Of a stretch of 64,000 nucleotides of DNA, positions 1-11,907 are shown one piece after another. This DNA is from Paraspadella gotoi. Lineage: Eukaryota; Animalia; Chaetognatha. Where the stretch lies: contig JBJCIZ010000028.1 in the NCBI GenBank assembly GCA_051294375.1, forward strand, positions 2,071,647-2,135,646. The letters are read 5' to 3'. The position numbers were made by a program, and so were the translations under genes. Positions within the stretch are counted from its first letter, which is position 1, and every line of letters starts with the position of its first letter. The notes beneath the pieces were generated by a model. The model made no database searches. It was not told where the DNA came from and saw nothing but the letters and a program-made list of their open reading frames with translations.

Positions 1-58
1 ACAATAATTAAAATTGAATATTTCATGAAAAGCCGGGTTCACCGATCAAATGAATTAC

Positions 59-259
59 CTTGTTCCTCTTCAGGAAGATGTAACCGTGAATTGTGGACAC
101 GACACAGTGAACCATCAGGGTGACGGTCAAGACTCCGGCTAAAATAAGCAATTTGCGTGACTCACTGTGCAAAAACGAGTGAATCGTCCTGACGTCGGTG
201 ATCACGTCCAAAAGCGTGATGCCAACGTTCACAATCAACGCGAGAAGCGAGAGAACCAT
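59..259 (-). CDS. 5' coding exon of an XK-related (Xkr-like) multipass membrane protein; gene continues beyond the left edge
   Basis: MVLSLLALIVNVGITLLDVITDVRTIHSF...LAGVLTVTLMVHCVVSTIHGYIFLKRNK: two hydrophobic helices with the D-x-x-T-D motif typical of XK first helices; resembles the N-terminus of the 56364-56960 ORF (IGVDLKTA...INCIVTTIFG). Candidate donor AAG|GTAATT at 59/58. Confidence 0.6.
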
Positions 260-427
260 GTCTCAAAAAAGAAATTTTGACTTAAAAATGATATCTAATT
301 ATAAATATTGGATCAAGTTTATTAATCTTGTGTTGTACAGATGATCTCTCAATATTCAGAAAAAAACGCTGGCCTCCCTCTACAAATATTTAAAATTTAA
401 TTGTTAGAATCTTGTTTTTTAACAAAG

Positions 428-660
428 TGAAGAGACGGTAATTATTGTTACGTGTTAGTGATAGAACCGTTCAATATAAGCAGTCCCTGAGCTTCGGATC
501 AGGCTGTAACACCATGTAACAGGCGTGTTAAGCGCCCCGTCCCACCTAACTGCCAGAGGACCACCTGGCTAGAACCCCGGACCTTTGGGTTGGGAGGCGA
601 CTGACTTGCCTCCGGCACCAATGGCCGCTGATGAACGGTTGGTGGATTTTTGTCCACCAT
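428..660 (-). mobile_element. tRNA-derived SINE-like element, copy 1
   Basis: Reverse complement closely matches 3649-3881; contains A-box-like TGGTGCCGGAGG and B-box-like GGTTCTAGCC. Confidence 0.7.
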
Positions 661-1009
661 AAAAGTTAATTATTTTGATAAAATTATAACTATATTTTCA
701 TATGTTTAAAAGAAAAATTTTTAAAAGTATGGTAAAACATTTTGTAACTTTGAGATAAAAATTAGAATCTATAGATATAGAACAGAGAAGAACGGAGAGC
801 TGAAAGTGCGACTACATCAATGGCAATAATAGAGAGCGAGAGTGAGAGCGAGAGAGAGGGATGGAGTGGCAGCTCGAATGTCAACTTCCTCATAATCTGT
901 CATTATTCTCGATACATAAAATTAACAAGTCAAGACAACCTTGGTGAAAATGTCAGAGTCATTATTCGCGTCCATCTTGATTGCGCGTTTAAAATGTCAC
1001 GAATCGCGA

Positions 1010-1080
1010 TTTTGTGCCACTTTCTTGGTTTTTTGTGCCACTTTTTTGCCACTTTTTTGTGCCACTTTCTTGGTTTTTTA
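1010..1080. repeat. short TTTTGTGCCAC-based tandem repeat
   Basis: Four TGCCACTTT units, two followed by CTTGGTTTTTT. Confidence 0.6.
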
Positions 1081-1151
1081 TCGCGAAAGGGAGAAAAGTG
1101 TGAAATTTTTTGGTTTATGTTAAAAAAGTAAAAATATTGCATAAAGAGTAC

Positions 1152-1296
1152 ACTATGGCAACCGCCGGGTTGTCCTTGATGCCCATTGGGATGAGGCATC
1201 TGTTGGCTTTGGGGGATTCCGACCCTCAGTAACGCCTTCTGTCACTGGTGCGGTTACCCTAGGACGGTCTCGCTTTGCCAACGCAGAGAGAAGTTG
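1152..1296 (+). mobile_element. GC-rich structured dispersed repeat (family B), truncated copy
   Basis: Matches the reverse complement of about 58015-58160 (GCGGTTACCCTAGGACGGTCTCGCTTTGCCAACGCAGAG shared exactly). Confidence 0.6.
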
Positions 1297-1724
1297 AGAA
1301 GCTTTATCTAGATTTTAATACAAATAAAAATAACAACCTTTACAACTTCCAATAGTAAAAATTTCCAATTGTAAACAATTGTAATAATTTTTTTGTCTTT
1401 TTTTTATTTTGTCGCTGCCTTTTCTGATTTGTCATAATTTTTCGTTTTTATGTTTTATATTTTTTGTTTTTGTTTTTGCTTCCATTTTTTACTTGACGTT
1501 TCTCGGTTTTTTACTGTTTCTGGTTTTTATGATTTTGACATTTGATCCTTGAACGGTTTTGAACGTTATTTTTTATAGTTTCTTATGAATTAGTTCTTAA
1601 TTTAAAAAAATAATAATACTTGGGAGATACAGTTCCGAGTTTTTTACATTATTATTGATGCTGTTACTGTTCTTGTATTCAATTGTGTTACGATTACTAT
1701 TACTATTACTACTTTTGTTATTAA

Positions 1725-1782
<58 letters not shown>

Positions 1783-2097
1783 CCTTTGAATATAAATACG
1801 TAAGGCGAACTGTATTCGCGACATTGCATTCATTAAATATCTAATATTACAATTTATATTTACTAAAACAAAACTGTTTTGTCGTCTTTTGTTTCCTTTT
1901 GCTCCAATTTTGGGGTCAGGATAAAACTCGGCCGACACTGAGGTCAAAGGCGTCGCCAAAGATAACATTCCTTTAAAATCCGACTCTGAAACTCAACCGC
2001 CCTACAATAACAACAATGACCCGCATGAGACAGAAAACCTTCTTTTTGAGTTGACAAGTACGTACATACTATTTCAATAGTTTCAATTGCACGATAT

Positions 2098-2268
2098 TGG
2101 TACAATCAAGAGCAAAAATTATCCATTCATTAAATACATAAGCTCTCTGGTACTACTATTACTTTGGACAGGCTTTGGTGGTTTAAGGCCTCCATCACTC
2201 TTACAAGATAATGACAAAGCGGGTTTTGATATTCATTCCCAGAGAACCTGGCTTCATTATTATCAATG
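2098..2268. mobile_element. dispersed repeat family A, copy
   Basis: Core TTTGGACAGGCTTTGGTGGTTTAAGGCCTCCATCACTCTTACAAGATAATGACA shared with 24250-24303 and 26352-26405. Confidence 0.7.
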
Positions 2269-2461
2269 AAAGAGTATAATGTTTCAAGAACAATGTAGAA
2301 TGTAGATTGTATTGAAACCACGTTTTATGTTCTATCACTGAACAATTTAAATTAATAAAATAAGCAGATGGCGACTCTGTTGGCCGTTGGATTCTTCACC
2401 GAGTAAGAGGTTCCGGATTCCGCCCAGTCAACTTCGAAATGGGACGTCAGAAATTAAAAGA

Positions 2462-2510
<49 letters not shown>

Positions 2511-2697
2511 ACTTTAATTTTCCTTACGTCGTGACCAAAAAAAAATAATTGTAATTTTGGCAATTCTTGCTCCTTGTCTACGTAAAAAATTGAAATTTGT
2601 TTTAACAGCAATGAAATGAATATAAACAAATGAATTCAATATTCCTATATTTAAATTAAACTACCTCTATTATTACAAACGATTATTTTATCACAGG

Positions 2698-2776
2698 ATG
2701 ACTAAATTAGTTGCCTCGCTACTCGTGTCCTGTTGGATTTTCGTTCTGTCGCAGAAGAGCAACGGGAAAATTATCG
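2698..2776 (+). CDS. exon 1 (signal peptide) of secreted Cys-rich WAP-like protein
   Basis: ATG after acceptor-like TTTTATCACAG|G; MTKLVASLLVSCWIFVLSQKSNGKII; phase-1 donor G|GTACGT. Confidence 0.75.
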
Positions 2777-3430
2777 GTACGTTTTAACAAAGTTGGTAAA
2801 ATATTTTAATTTAAATATAAATTGCATTATTGTGTATAAGTGGAATTGTTTTATTTATTACGTTTGAAAAATTCCGGTTCTATTTTAAAGCTTTCAATAT
2901 AGTCAAAATTTTATTTCCAAGTAAATAATATTTGCCATTGTTGTTAACTTAAGAAACTCCATTTTCGTTTTATATAAAATGGTCACAACAAATATAAAAA
3001 TTATTCATTCAACAAATATGCTATCTTGTTTGAGCTGCCTCGACTTTCTGGCTGACTTTCAAGATGGCGACGATCTTGGTTTCAAATGTAGTTTGTTTAT
3101 TACAAATTCGAGGTTAAACAGTTCATAATTAAGTCGATAATTAAGTCCATAAAATCATGAAAAAGTCCTTTAAATTATAAACAAACGGTCTTAAACAAAA
3201 GGTCTTACAACCGTACGACGTCGGAGGCAACTGCCCCTGACTCTTAAACAATTCTTTACGTTAAAAAATAATCGGGATATCCCGAGTTCACGTTTCTTCA
3301 TCGTCTTCATAATCGTCGTCGCGTTCTCTCTCTCTCGAGAAACTGGGCAAAGTAAGACGCAGATATCGAATCCACGGCCGTCGGACGTCGAGCCACTTTT
3401 CTTCCTCTTCGGTCACGACCACACGCAGCC

Positions 3431-3587
3431 ACGACTGGGAGTGAATTCTTGATTTAAAAGTGTAGTGTAAGAGTGACGTAGCCTTTTAACCATCAAAGCC
3501 TGTTCAAAGTCAGGGAAAAGATAACTTATTTATCAAATTTTATTTTTTGAATTAATCATTTTTATATTGGGTGTACCAATTTCATAG
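3431..3587. mobile_element. dispersed repeat family A, diverged copy in opposite orientation (intron 1 of WAP-like gene)
   Basis: TGTAAGAGTGA...CATCAAAGCCTGTTCAAAGTCAGGG...GTACCAATTTCATAG is the reverse-complement form of the 24180-24300 copy. Confidence 0.55.
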
Positions 3588-3648
3588 CAGTCGAGTTATT
3601 TAACTCCCGGAATCCCTGGATTTCCCATCAATCAAGCGACATAACAGT

Positions 3649-3881
3649 ATGGCGGACTAAAATCCTCCAACCGTTCATCAGCGGCCATTGGTGCCGGAGG
3701 CAAGTCATTCGCCTCAACACCCAAAGGTCCGGGGTTCTAGCCCGGTGGTCGCCTAGTAGTTAAGAGCGACGGGGCGCTTAACCCGCCTATTACACGGTGT
3801 TACAGCCTGATCCGAAGTTCAGGGACTGCTTATATTGAACGGTTCTATCACTAACACATAACAATAATTACTGTCTCTTCA
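3649..3881 (+). mobile_element. tRNA-derived SINE-like element, copy 2 (Val/Gly-like head)
   Basis: GCGGCCA/TGGTCGC 7-bp acceptor-like stem, CCGGG/CCCGG T-arm around GTTCTAG, and TTCGCCTCAACACCCAAAGGTCC resembling the anticodon arm of tRNA-Val; anticodon stem does not pair, so not a functional tRNA. Confidence 0.7.
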
Positions 3882-3960
3882 ACGGTTTAATAAACCGTTG
3901 CAATTGTATAAAACGATCATATATATATTTTATAGTTTTAATATTTTTTCTTTTCAACAG

Positions 3961-4171
3961 TAACCAAAATCGAAGATGCTTGTAACTATGGGCGATATAA
4001 CTTCATCGATTCAACTCCATTGTTTCCTTGTTGTCCTCTTCTCTCATGGATGAAGAGAAAGAATCTCGGTCACGTGAAATCTTTAATGGAAAGATGTTCC
4101 CCGAATCGAGTCAGTTGCTCCGACGGGCAGATCTCTTGCCCGACTATGAAGGGACCCGCCTGTGAGATGCG
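3961..4171 (+). CDS. exon 2 of secreted Cys-rich WAP-like protein
   Basis: Acceptor TTTTTTCTTTTCAACAG; phase 1 continues exon 1: VTKIEDACNYGRYNFIDSTPLFPCCPLLSWMKRKNLGHVKSLMERCSPNRVSCSDGQISCPTMKGPACEM; phase-2 donor CG|GTGCGT. Confidence 0.8.
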
Positions 4172-4719
4172 GTGCGTAAACGGCTATCGTCATCACAGGT
4201 GATCATTTAGAATTGGATAATAAACGAGTAACTGAGTTTTGTTGAGCGTGTTCCATTTTGGTTTTCAGTTGCTCTGCGGAACAACTCAAAAAGTCTGTCT
4301 GGTTTTTCTGTCTCACTTAGGTTAAAAATGCTATAACTTAATCAATTTAGTTCATATTTGGCATGAAAGTAAAGGTAATATAAGGCCTTTAATATGCGTA
4401 TATATCATACTTGCGAAGTCACGTGATAATTAAAAATTCGATGCTCTTTTGTTTTTTTCGTTGATACGGAAAGAATCTCGAACGTGAGCGACAGCTAGCG
4501 CTTCCTTTTTAAATATATATATATACATATTTTACAAATAATGATACATTGCGTCATTTAAAGTTATTGTGGTTATGTAAATTGAAGTTTTTCATGTGAT
4601 GATATTACTCTCATTTATTGTCATTTACTTTTTCGTGAGAAAAAAAAGGTAACTCATAGTTAAAATAGAATACTAAAAAAAAACGCGCGCAGCCATTTTT
4701 TTCTTTTTCAATTCATTAG

Positions 4720-7700
4720 CCTTAGTTATTATATTTTCAATATATATCATTGAGTATTATATCTTGTTCATGTATATTTTCATATATATACTTGTATTAT
4801 ATCTTGTTATATAATTTCAATCATATATCTTTGTTATTATACTTCTTCATATATATCTGTTATTATTAGTCTTTGTTATTATATTCTTTCATCATATAGG
4901 AGTCTCTGTTAATTATTCTCTTGTTATTCATAATTTTCACTATATAGGTCCTTGTTATTATATTGTTCATATATTTATCTTGCTTATTGTATATCTTGTT
5001 ATTATATTTTTCCATATATATATGCTTGTCTAGTTGATGATCGCTTGATTATTCTATACGTTTGTGCATAATATATCGTCTGCGTTATTTATAAATCTTT
5101 TCATATCGTATATTAGTCTTGTTATCATATCCTTGTTTTCTATATATTTGTTTCATATTTATAATCTTGTTATCTATAGCTCTTGTTATTTATATATCAT
5201 ATATATCTTGTTATTCATACTTTCTTTTCATAGTATATTTGTATTATATTTGTATTCATAATTTTCATAAATATACTCTTGTTATTCATATTTATCACTA
5301 TCATATGCTATGTTATTAAGTATCTTGCTTATATATTCTTCATAATATACATGCTTGTCTTATTATATCTGTTATTCATATTTTCATATATCATCTTGTT
5401 ATTAATAATTTTCATATATATCTTCTGTTCACACTATATCTTGGTTATGTAATATTTTCCATATATATCTTGTAATGTATATCTTGTATATTATATTTTC
5501 ATATATATCTTGTTATTATGTCTTGTTATTAATTTTCAGTTATATAAATCTTGTTAATATATCTTATGTTATTATAGGTGTTGGGGCTCATATAGTATCT
5601 TTGTATTATACTCTTGTTCATGCTATCTATTCAAATATATATCTTGTATTAGTATTTTCATAATATACTCTTGGTTAATATAACCTCTTGTTACTTATAT
5701 TTCATAATATAATCTTTATTATACGTCTTGTTATTATATTTTGCATATATATCTGTTATTATATCTTTGTTATTATATTTTCATATATATCTTGTTTATA
5801 TATCTCTGTTATTATATTTTCAATATATATCTTGTTTAATATATCCTTGTTTATATATATTTTCATATATATCTTGTCTATTATACTCATAGTGTACATA
5901 GCACGGAGGAGCGGACTTTTCATTATATCTCTTGTTAGTTTATACTCTGTTATTATGATTTGCTCATAGCTATATCTTGTATTATATTTTCATATATATC
6001 TTGGTTAATATATCTGTTATTCATAATTATTTCATATATATCTTAGTTATTTATCTTGTTATTACATATTTTCATAATATATCTTGTTATTATATCTTGT
6101 TATTATATTGCAACAGATATTTCATATATAATCTTGTTAATTATATTCGTTTCATAATATATCTTCGTCTAATATATCTTGTTATTATGGCAATTTCAAT
6201 AATATCTTGTTTATGGAATATGGGTCGTTGTTATTATATTTTCAATATATATCATTTGTTATTTAATAATCTTGTTATTAGTATTTGTCATATATAGTCG
6301 TGTTACTTATGAGAGGCTCCTGTTATTATATATTTTCATTATATACTCTTGTGTAAATAATCTTGTATTATATTTTCAATATATATCTTGTTAAATATAT
6401 CTTGTTATTGTATATAATCTGTCCATACTACTACCATCACTTGTTTATTAAATAATTACTTGTGCGATTCAAATATCATCATTGTGTAATACAAACTCTT
6501 GATTTATTATTACTTTTTCATTACTCCAGATCTTGTTAATAATCCTCTGTTATGAGGTACAGGGTTATCATATATATCTTCGTGTAATTATTATCCTTGT
6601 CTATATATTTTCTATATATCCTTGTTATTATTCTTGTTAATTATATTTGTCATATATAGTGCTTGTTAATTTTATATCTTGTTATTCTATATTCTTCATA
6701 TATATTCTCTGTTATTATATGCTTGTTATTATTTTTCAATATATATCTTGTATTAATCAATTGTTCAGGCATACTATCTTGTATTATATCTTTGTTATTA
6801 TAGTTGGTTCAATATATCCGTTGCGTATTATATTTTCATATATTCTTGTTATTATATCCTTGTTATTTCATATTGTTCATAATATATCTTGTTATATAGT
6901 CTGTTATTATATTTTCATAATAGTATCTAGGGGGCGGGTTATTATATTTTCATACCTATATCCTTGGTTATTATATCTTGGTTATTATATTTTAAATATA
7001 TATCTTGTAATTCAGTATCTTGTTATTTATTAATTTTCATATATTCTTGATTATTAATATGTTTCATATATATCTTGTTATTAATATCTTGTTATTATAT
7101 TTCATATATATCTCTTGGTAATATTATATCTCTGTTATTATAACCTTTTCATATATGATCTTGTTATTATATTTTCATATATAATCGTTGTTAGTATAAT
7201 CTGGCGTTATTATCATTTTCATATATACTTGTATGATTAAGCATATTTTCATATATATCTTGTTATTATGATCATTGTTATTATATTTTCTATATCTCTT
7301 GTTATTATACTCTGTTTAATTTTCATATATACTCTTGTTATTATACTTTTTCATATATATCTTGTTAATATATGCTTGTTATTAATATTTTCATAATACT
7401 ATCTTGTTAATTATATCTTGTTATTATACTTTTCAGTATATATCTTTTCATTATATCCTTGTTATATACTTTTCATATACTTAGGTAGCTTTGATTAATG
7501 TAGACATATTCTTGTTATTATATTTTTCATATATATCCTTGTTATTTATGTATCTTGTCGATTTCAGGCATATTGGTCAGGATATAGTATCGTTTTATAT
7601 GACCTTCCCCGTCATATATATCTTGTTAATTATTCTTGTTATTAACTATTTCATATATATCTTGGTTATTTGATATCTCTGTTATTAATGTTTCATATAA

Positions 7701-8225
7701 ATCTTGTTCATTATATCTTGTTATTAATTTTTCATATATATTCTTGTTATTATATCTTGTTATTATATTTTCATATATTACTTTGTTAATATATCTTGTT
7801 ATTATATTTCAATATATATTTGTTATTATATCTTGTTTTTATTTTCATATATTATCTATGTTATTATATCTTGTTATTAATATTTTCAATCATATATCTT
7901 GTTATTATATTTTCATATATATCTTGTTAATATATCTTGTTATTATATTTCATATATATCTTGTTATTATATCTTTGTTATTATATTTTCATATATATCT
8001 TTTACGTTATTATATCTTGTTATTTATATTTCATATACTATCTTTGTTATTATATCTTGTTATTATATTTCCTCACTATATATCATGTCAATATAGTCTT
8101 GTTATTATATTTTCATATATACTCTTGTTAATATATCTTGTTATTATATCTTGTTATTTCATATATTCTTGTTATTAATATCTTGTTATTATATTTTCAC
8201 ATTATATCTTGTTATTATATCTTTA
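4720..8225. repeat. about 3.5 kb degenerate AT-rich satellite (ATATCTTGTTATT / ATATTTTCATAT units) in intron 2 of the WAP-like gene
   Basis: Units repeated throughout with many single-base indels; source of the spurious Ile/Tyr/Leu-rich ORFs at 5064-8178. Confidence 0.9.
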
Positions 8226-8272
8226 ACTTGTGTATTATTGTTATAGTTTGGTCATATCCTTCTTTCTCTTAG

Positions 8273-8459
8273 TTGCGACTCTGATCCAGAAAACCGAATG
8301 CGCCGACGGGTTTGCGCCGTAAAGATGAAGGACAACGGAAACTTGACCACGATGGGCGAATGTCGGAGAGACGAGGATTGCCAACTTGATCAAAAATGTT
8401 GTTATTCGCCGACTTTAATTACGAAAAAATACGGATCGTGCGAAATGTTTTGCTTTTAA
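8273..8459 (+). CDS. exon 3 (terminal) of secreted Cys-rich protein; WAP/four-disulfide-core-like domain
   Basis: Acceptor CCTTCTTTCTCTTAG; phase 2 matches exon 2; (R)CDSDPENRMRRRVCAVKMKDNGNLTTMGECRRDEDCQLDQKCCYSPTLITKKYGSCEMFCF*; C-x2-D-x-D-C-x4-K-C-C is the WAP signature. Confidence 0.8.
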
Positions 8460-9082
8460 AGAGATGAGGCGTTTCGTTTGGTTGTTTTTTTTTTTGGGGG
8501 GGGCGATGTTTTTTGAAAGCTACTCATTTTATTTTTTAAATTTTTTTTTTTAGTTTTATGATTAGGAAATGGGTTAGAGATAAGGATTAGGGAAGGGATT
8601 AGGGATTAGAGATTATTATATTTTATTTGAAAATAAAAATTAGGGTTGAATAATTAAAATTGAAATTGAGTTTAAGGATTAGGAACAGAAAACGGACTCT
8701 CTCGGAAAATAGTGCCCAACCTCAATCCGTTATTAAACAGTTTTTAAAACATTTTTTTTAAATAATATCAAAAACTAATATGGAAAACAAAATGTCAATA
8801 TTCATAGTTAACTTGGAAGGTCGTAAATATAGTCATCCAGATTTTAAAAAAATAGTATCATTTGTTCTATTTTCCCATCTTTTTAATTACAGTTAAGCTA
8901 CAGTTCAATTAGCTACTTAATTTAGAAAACGTAGGCGACTAAACTAGATTATTTAAAGTAAAAAAAATTATAAAAAAATGAAATAGTTAACTATTTAATA
9001 TTTAACTATATCTTCCTGACTCAAAGGCGGAAACATTAGTAGTTTAATCACGAGCAAGGAATTTCTTTCAATAATTCTCGTT

Positions 9083-9117
<35 letters not shown>

Positions 9118-9122
<5 letters not shown>

Positions 9123-9415
9123 ACGATTGACAACGACGGATGACAAAGAAGAAGACCACGACGACGGACGACGACGATGACAAAGAAGAAGGACGACGAC
9201 GACAAGACGACGACGATGACAAAAGAGACGACGACGACGACGACGACGATGACAAGAGAAGGAGAGACGACACGACGAGACGACGACGACGACGACGATA
9301 GGACAAAGAAGAGAGACGACGACGACGACGACGCGACAACGATGACAAAGAAGAAGAGAAGACGACGCGACGACGACGACGACAAAGAAGAAAGAAGACG
9401 ACGAACGACGACAAT
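9118..9415. repeat. (GAC)n/GATGACAAAGAAGAA compound microsatellite
   Basis: Direct reading; longer version at 10204-11362 with the same right flank. Confidence 0.9.
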
Positions 9416-9717
9416 AGAAAAGAAACCAGATGAGAAATGAAATCTGGCTTGATGTTCGTCTTTGATTCAGAAAGCGAAAAAACTTTTCCACATCAATTCC
9501 GCTTCTAATGCGAAAAACTTCCAATTTTTTTCCATAAAAAACTTCTTGATTATCAAACAAAACTTTATCGGCCTTAAACATAAATATAACAAAATTTTAC
9601 ATCGTGTTTAATTTAAAACTTTTTTAAAATGTTTTAAACTAACGTTCACCACCGAAAAATATTAAACAGCAATTTTTTAAACATTTTAATTTGCTTAAAG
9701 CTTTTTCTCGTTCTAAA

Positions 9718-10139
9718 ATGGAGACGGTTGAAGAAATATTTAATCCTAAGATGGAACACTCTAATCACTCTAACAATCACGAAGGAAATCGAGGTGATGT
9801 CACCGACAAAGTATTTCACTCTGATTCACAACAAAAGCAAAATTGTGAATTTGTCAGACAAACTTTGCCAAGGCGAGTTTTGTCTCACAGGAGAATCACA
9901 AATTTAAAACAAAAAAATCATATTAAAAAACAAAAATGCGAAATTTGTTGAGAATGGTTTTCAAGATTGAATGATCATCTTCTTACTCACACAAACGATA
10001 AACCACACAAATGTGAAATTTGTCAAAAATGTTTTAAATTTTAAATTGCACTGAAAATTCATGTATAGAACTCATACACAAAGAAAAGCCATCACAAATG
10101 TGAATTCTGTCAAAAGAGCTTTTCAAGAGTGGCATACTA
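9718..10139 (+). CDS. N-terminal part of C2H2 zinc-finger gene (frameshifted, ends at 25-N gap)
   Basis: METVEEIFNPKMEHSNHSNNH... followed by indel-broken fingers ([20 protein letters not shown]). The start region is duplicated at about 11677-11750. Confidence 0.55.
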
Positions 10140-10203
10140 NNNNNNNNNNNNNNNNNNNNNNNNNTCTCTCTCTCTCTCTCTGTACAATAAAATCGGCTAC
10201 AAT

Positions 10204-11362
10204 CAGACGCGATTTCTTGCGACGACGACGACACGACGACGACGATGACAAAGAAGAAGACGACGACGACGACGACGATGACAAGAAGAAAGAAGAAGAC
10301 GACGACGACGACAAAGAAGAAGAAGACGACGACGACGACGACGACGATGTGACAAAGAAAAGAAGACGACGACGACGACGACGATGACAAAGAAGAAAAG
10401 ACGACGACGACGACGACACAGAATGAAGAAGAAGAAGACGACGACGACGATGACAAAGAAAGACGCACGACGACGAACACGACGCAGAATAAAGACGACG
10501 ACGACGACGACGGGACGATGACAAAGAAGAAGACGACACGACGACGACGATGACAAATCAGAAGAAGGAAAGACGACGACTGATGACGACGACGATGCCA
10601 CAACAGCAAAAGAAAAGAGACGCCGATGACAAAGAAGAAGACGACGACGACGACGACGACGACGACGGATGACAAAGAAGAAGACGCACGACGACGACGA
10701 CGATGACAAAGAAGAGAAGACCGACGACGACGACGACGATGACAAAGAAGAGAAGACGACGACGACGAGACGACGTGACAAAGAAGAAGAAGACGACGAC
10801 GACGCAACTCGATGACAAAGAAAAGAAGACGAACGACGACGACGACGACGATGACAAAGAAGAAGACGACGACGACGACGACGACAAAAAGAAGAGAGAC
10901 GACGACGACGACGACGATGACAAGAAGAAGACGACGACGACGACGCAAGACAGAACAGGAAGAAGAAGACGACGACGACGACGACGATGACAAAAGAAGA
11001 AGACGGACGACGACGACGACAAAGAAGAAGAAGACGACGACGACGACGACGACGACGACATGACAAAGAAGAAGAGGACACGACGACGACGACGACGATG
11101 ACAGACGACGACGACGACGACGACGACGATGACAAAGAGAAGACGACGACGACGACGACGATGACAAAGAAGAAGACGACGACAAGACGACGACGATGAC
11201 AAAAGAAGAAGCAAGACGACCGACGAGCAGCCGATGACAAAGAAGACGACGACGACGACGACGATGACAGAAGAAAGACGACGACGACGACGACGACAAA
11301 GAAAAAGACGACGACGACGACGACGACGATGAACAAAGAAAAAAAGACGACGACGACGACAA
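10204..11362. repeat. (GAC)n/GATGACAAAGAAGAA compound microsatellite, long copy
   Basis: Direct reading; source of the poly-S/R/V/D/T ORFs. Confidence 0.9.
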
Positions 11363-11907
11363 ATAGAAAAAGAAACCAGTGATAGGAAATGAAATACTGG
11401 CTTGATGTTCGTCTTTGATTCAGAAAGCGAAAAAACTTTTCCACATCACATTCAGCTTACTTATGCGAAAAAACTTCCATTTTTTTTTCCAAAAAAAAAA
11501 CTTCTTGATTATCAAAACAACAACTTTATCGGCCTCTACATAATATAACAAAATTTACATCCGTTTTAATTTTAAACTTTTTAAAATGTTTTTAAACTAA
11601 CGTCACCACCGAAAAATATTTAAACAGCAAATTTTTAAACATTTTAATTTGCTTAAAGCTTCTTTCTCGTTCTAAAATGGAGACGGTTGAAGTAATATTT
11701 AATCCTAAGATGGAACACTCTAATCACTCTAACAATCACGAAGGAAATCGATGAGCCTCCATAGTCAAAGACAGACAAGTGTATTTCAACTTAATGAATT
11801 GCGAGCCACTACAAAGGCCGAAATATCTTTGATTAATGCTGCAAAGATTTTAATCACCTTTCCATGGGAGCATATTTGTCGATCTTCTCCTCTCCTTATT
11901 TCTAACA

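Noticed and set aside
625-665. Hammerhead ribozyme core CTGATGA
   Set aside because: No GAAA after the stem; it is the antisense of the SINE leader.
3681-3752. Intact tRNA gene
   Set aside because: Anticodon stem does not pair, the anticodon region differs between the two copies, and shared flanks extend far beyond the tRNA: SINE-like.
5064-8178. Hydrophobic Ile/Leu/Tyr ORFs resembling membrane or mitochondrial proteins
   Set aside because: Translations of the intronic satellite.
10034-11444. Long poly-Ser/Arg/Val ORFs, also at 32288-33554 and 37492-38666
   Set aside because: Stop-free readings of (GAC/TCG)n microsatellites in all frames.
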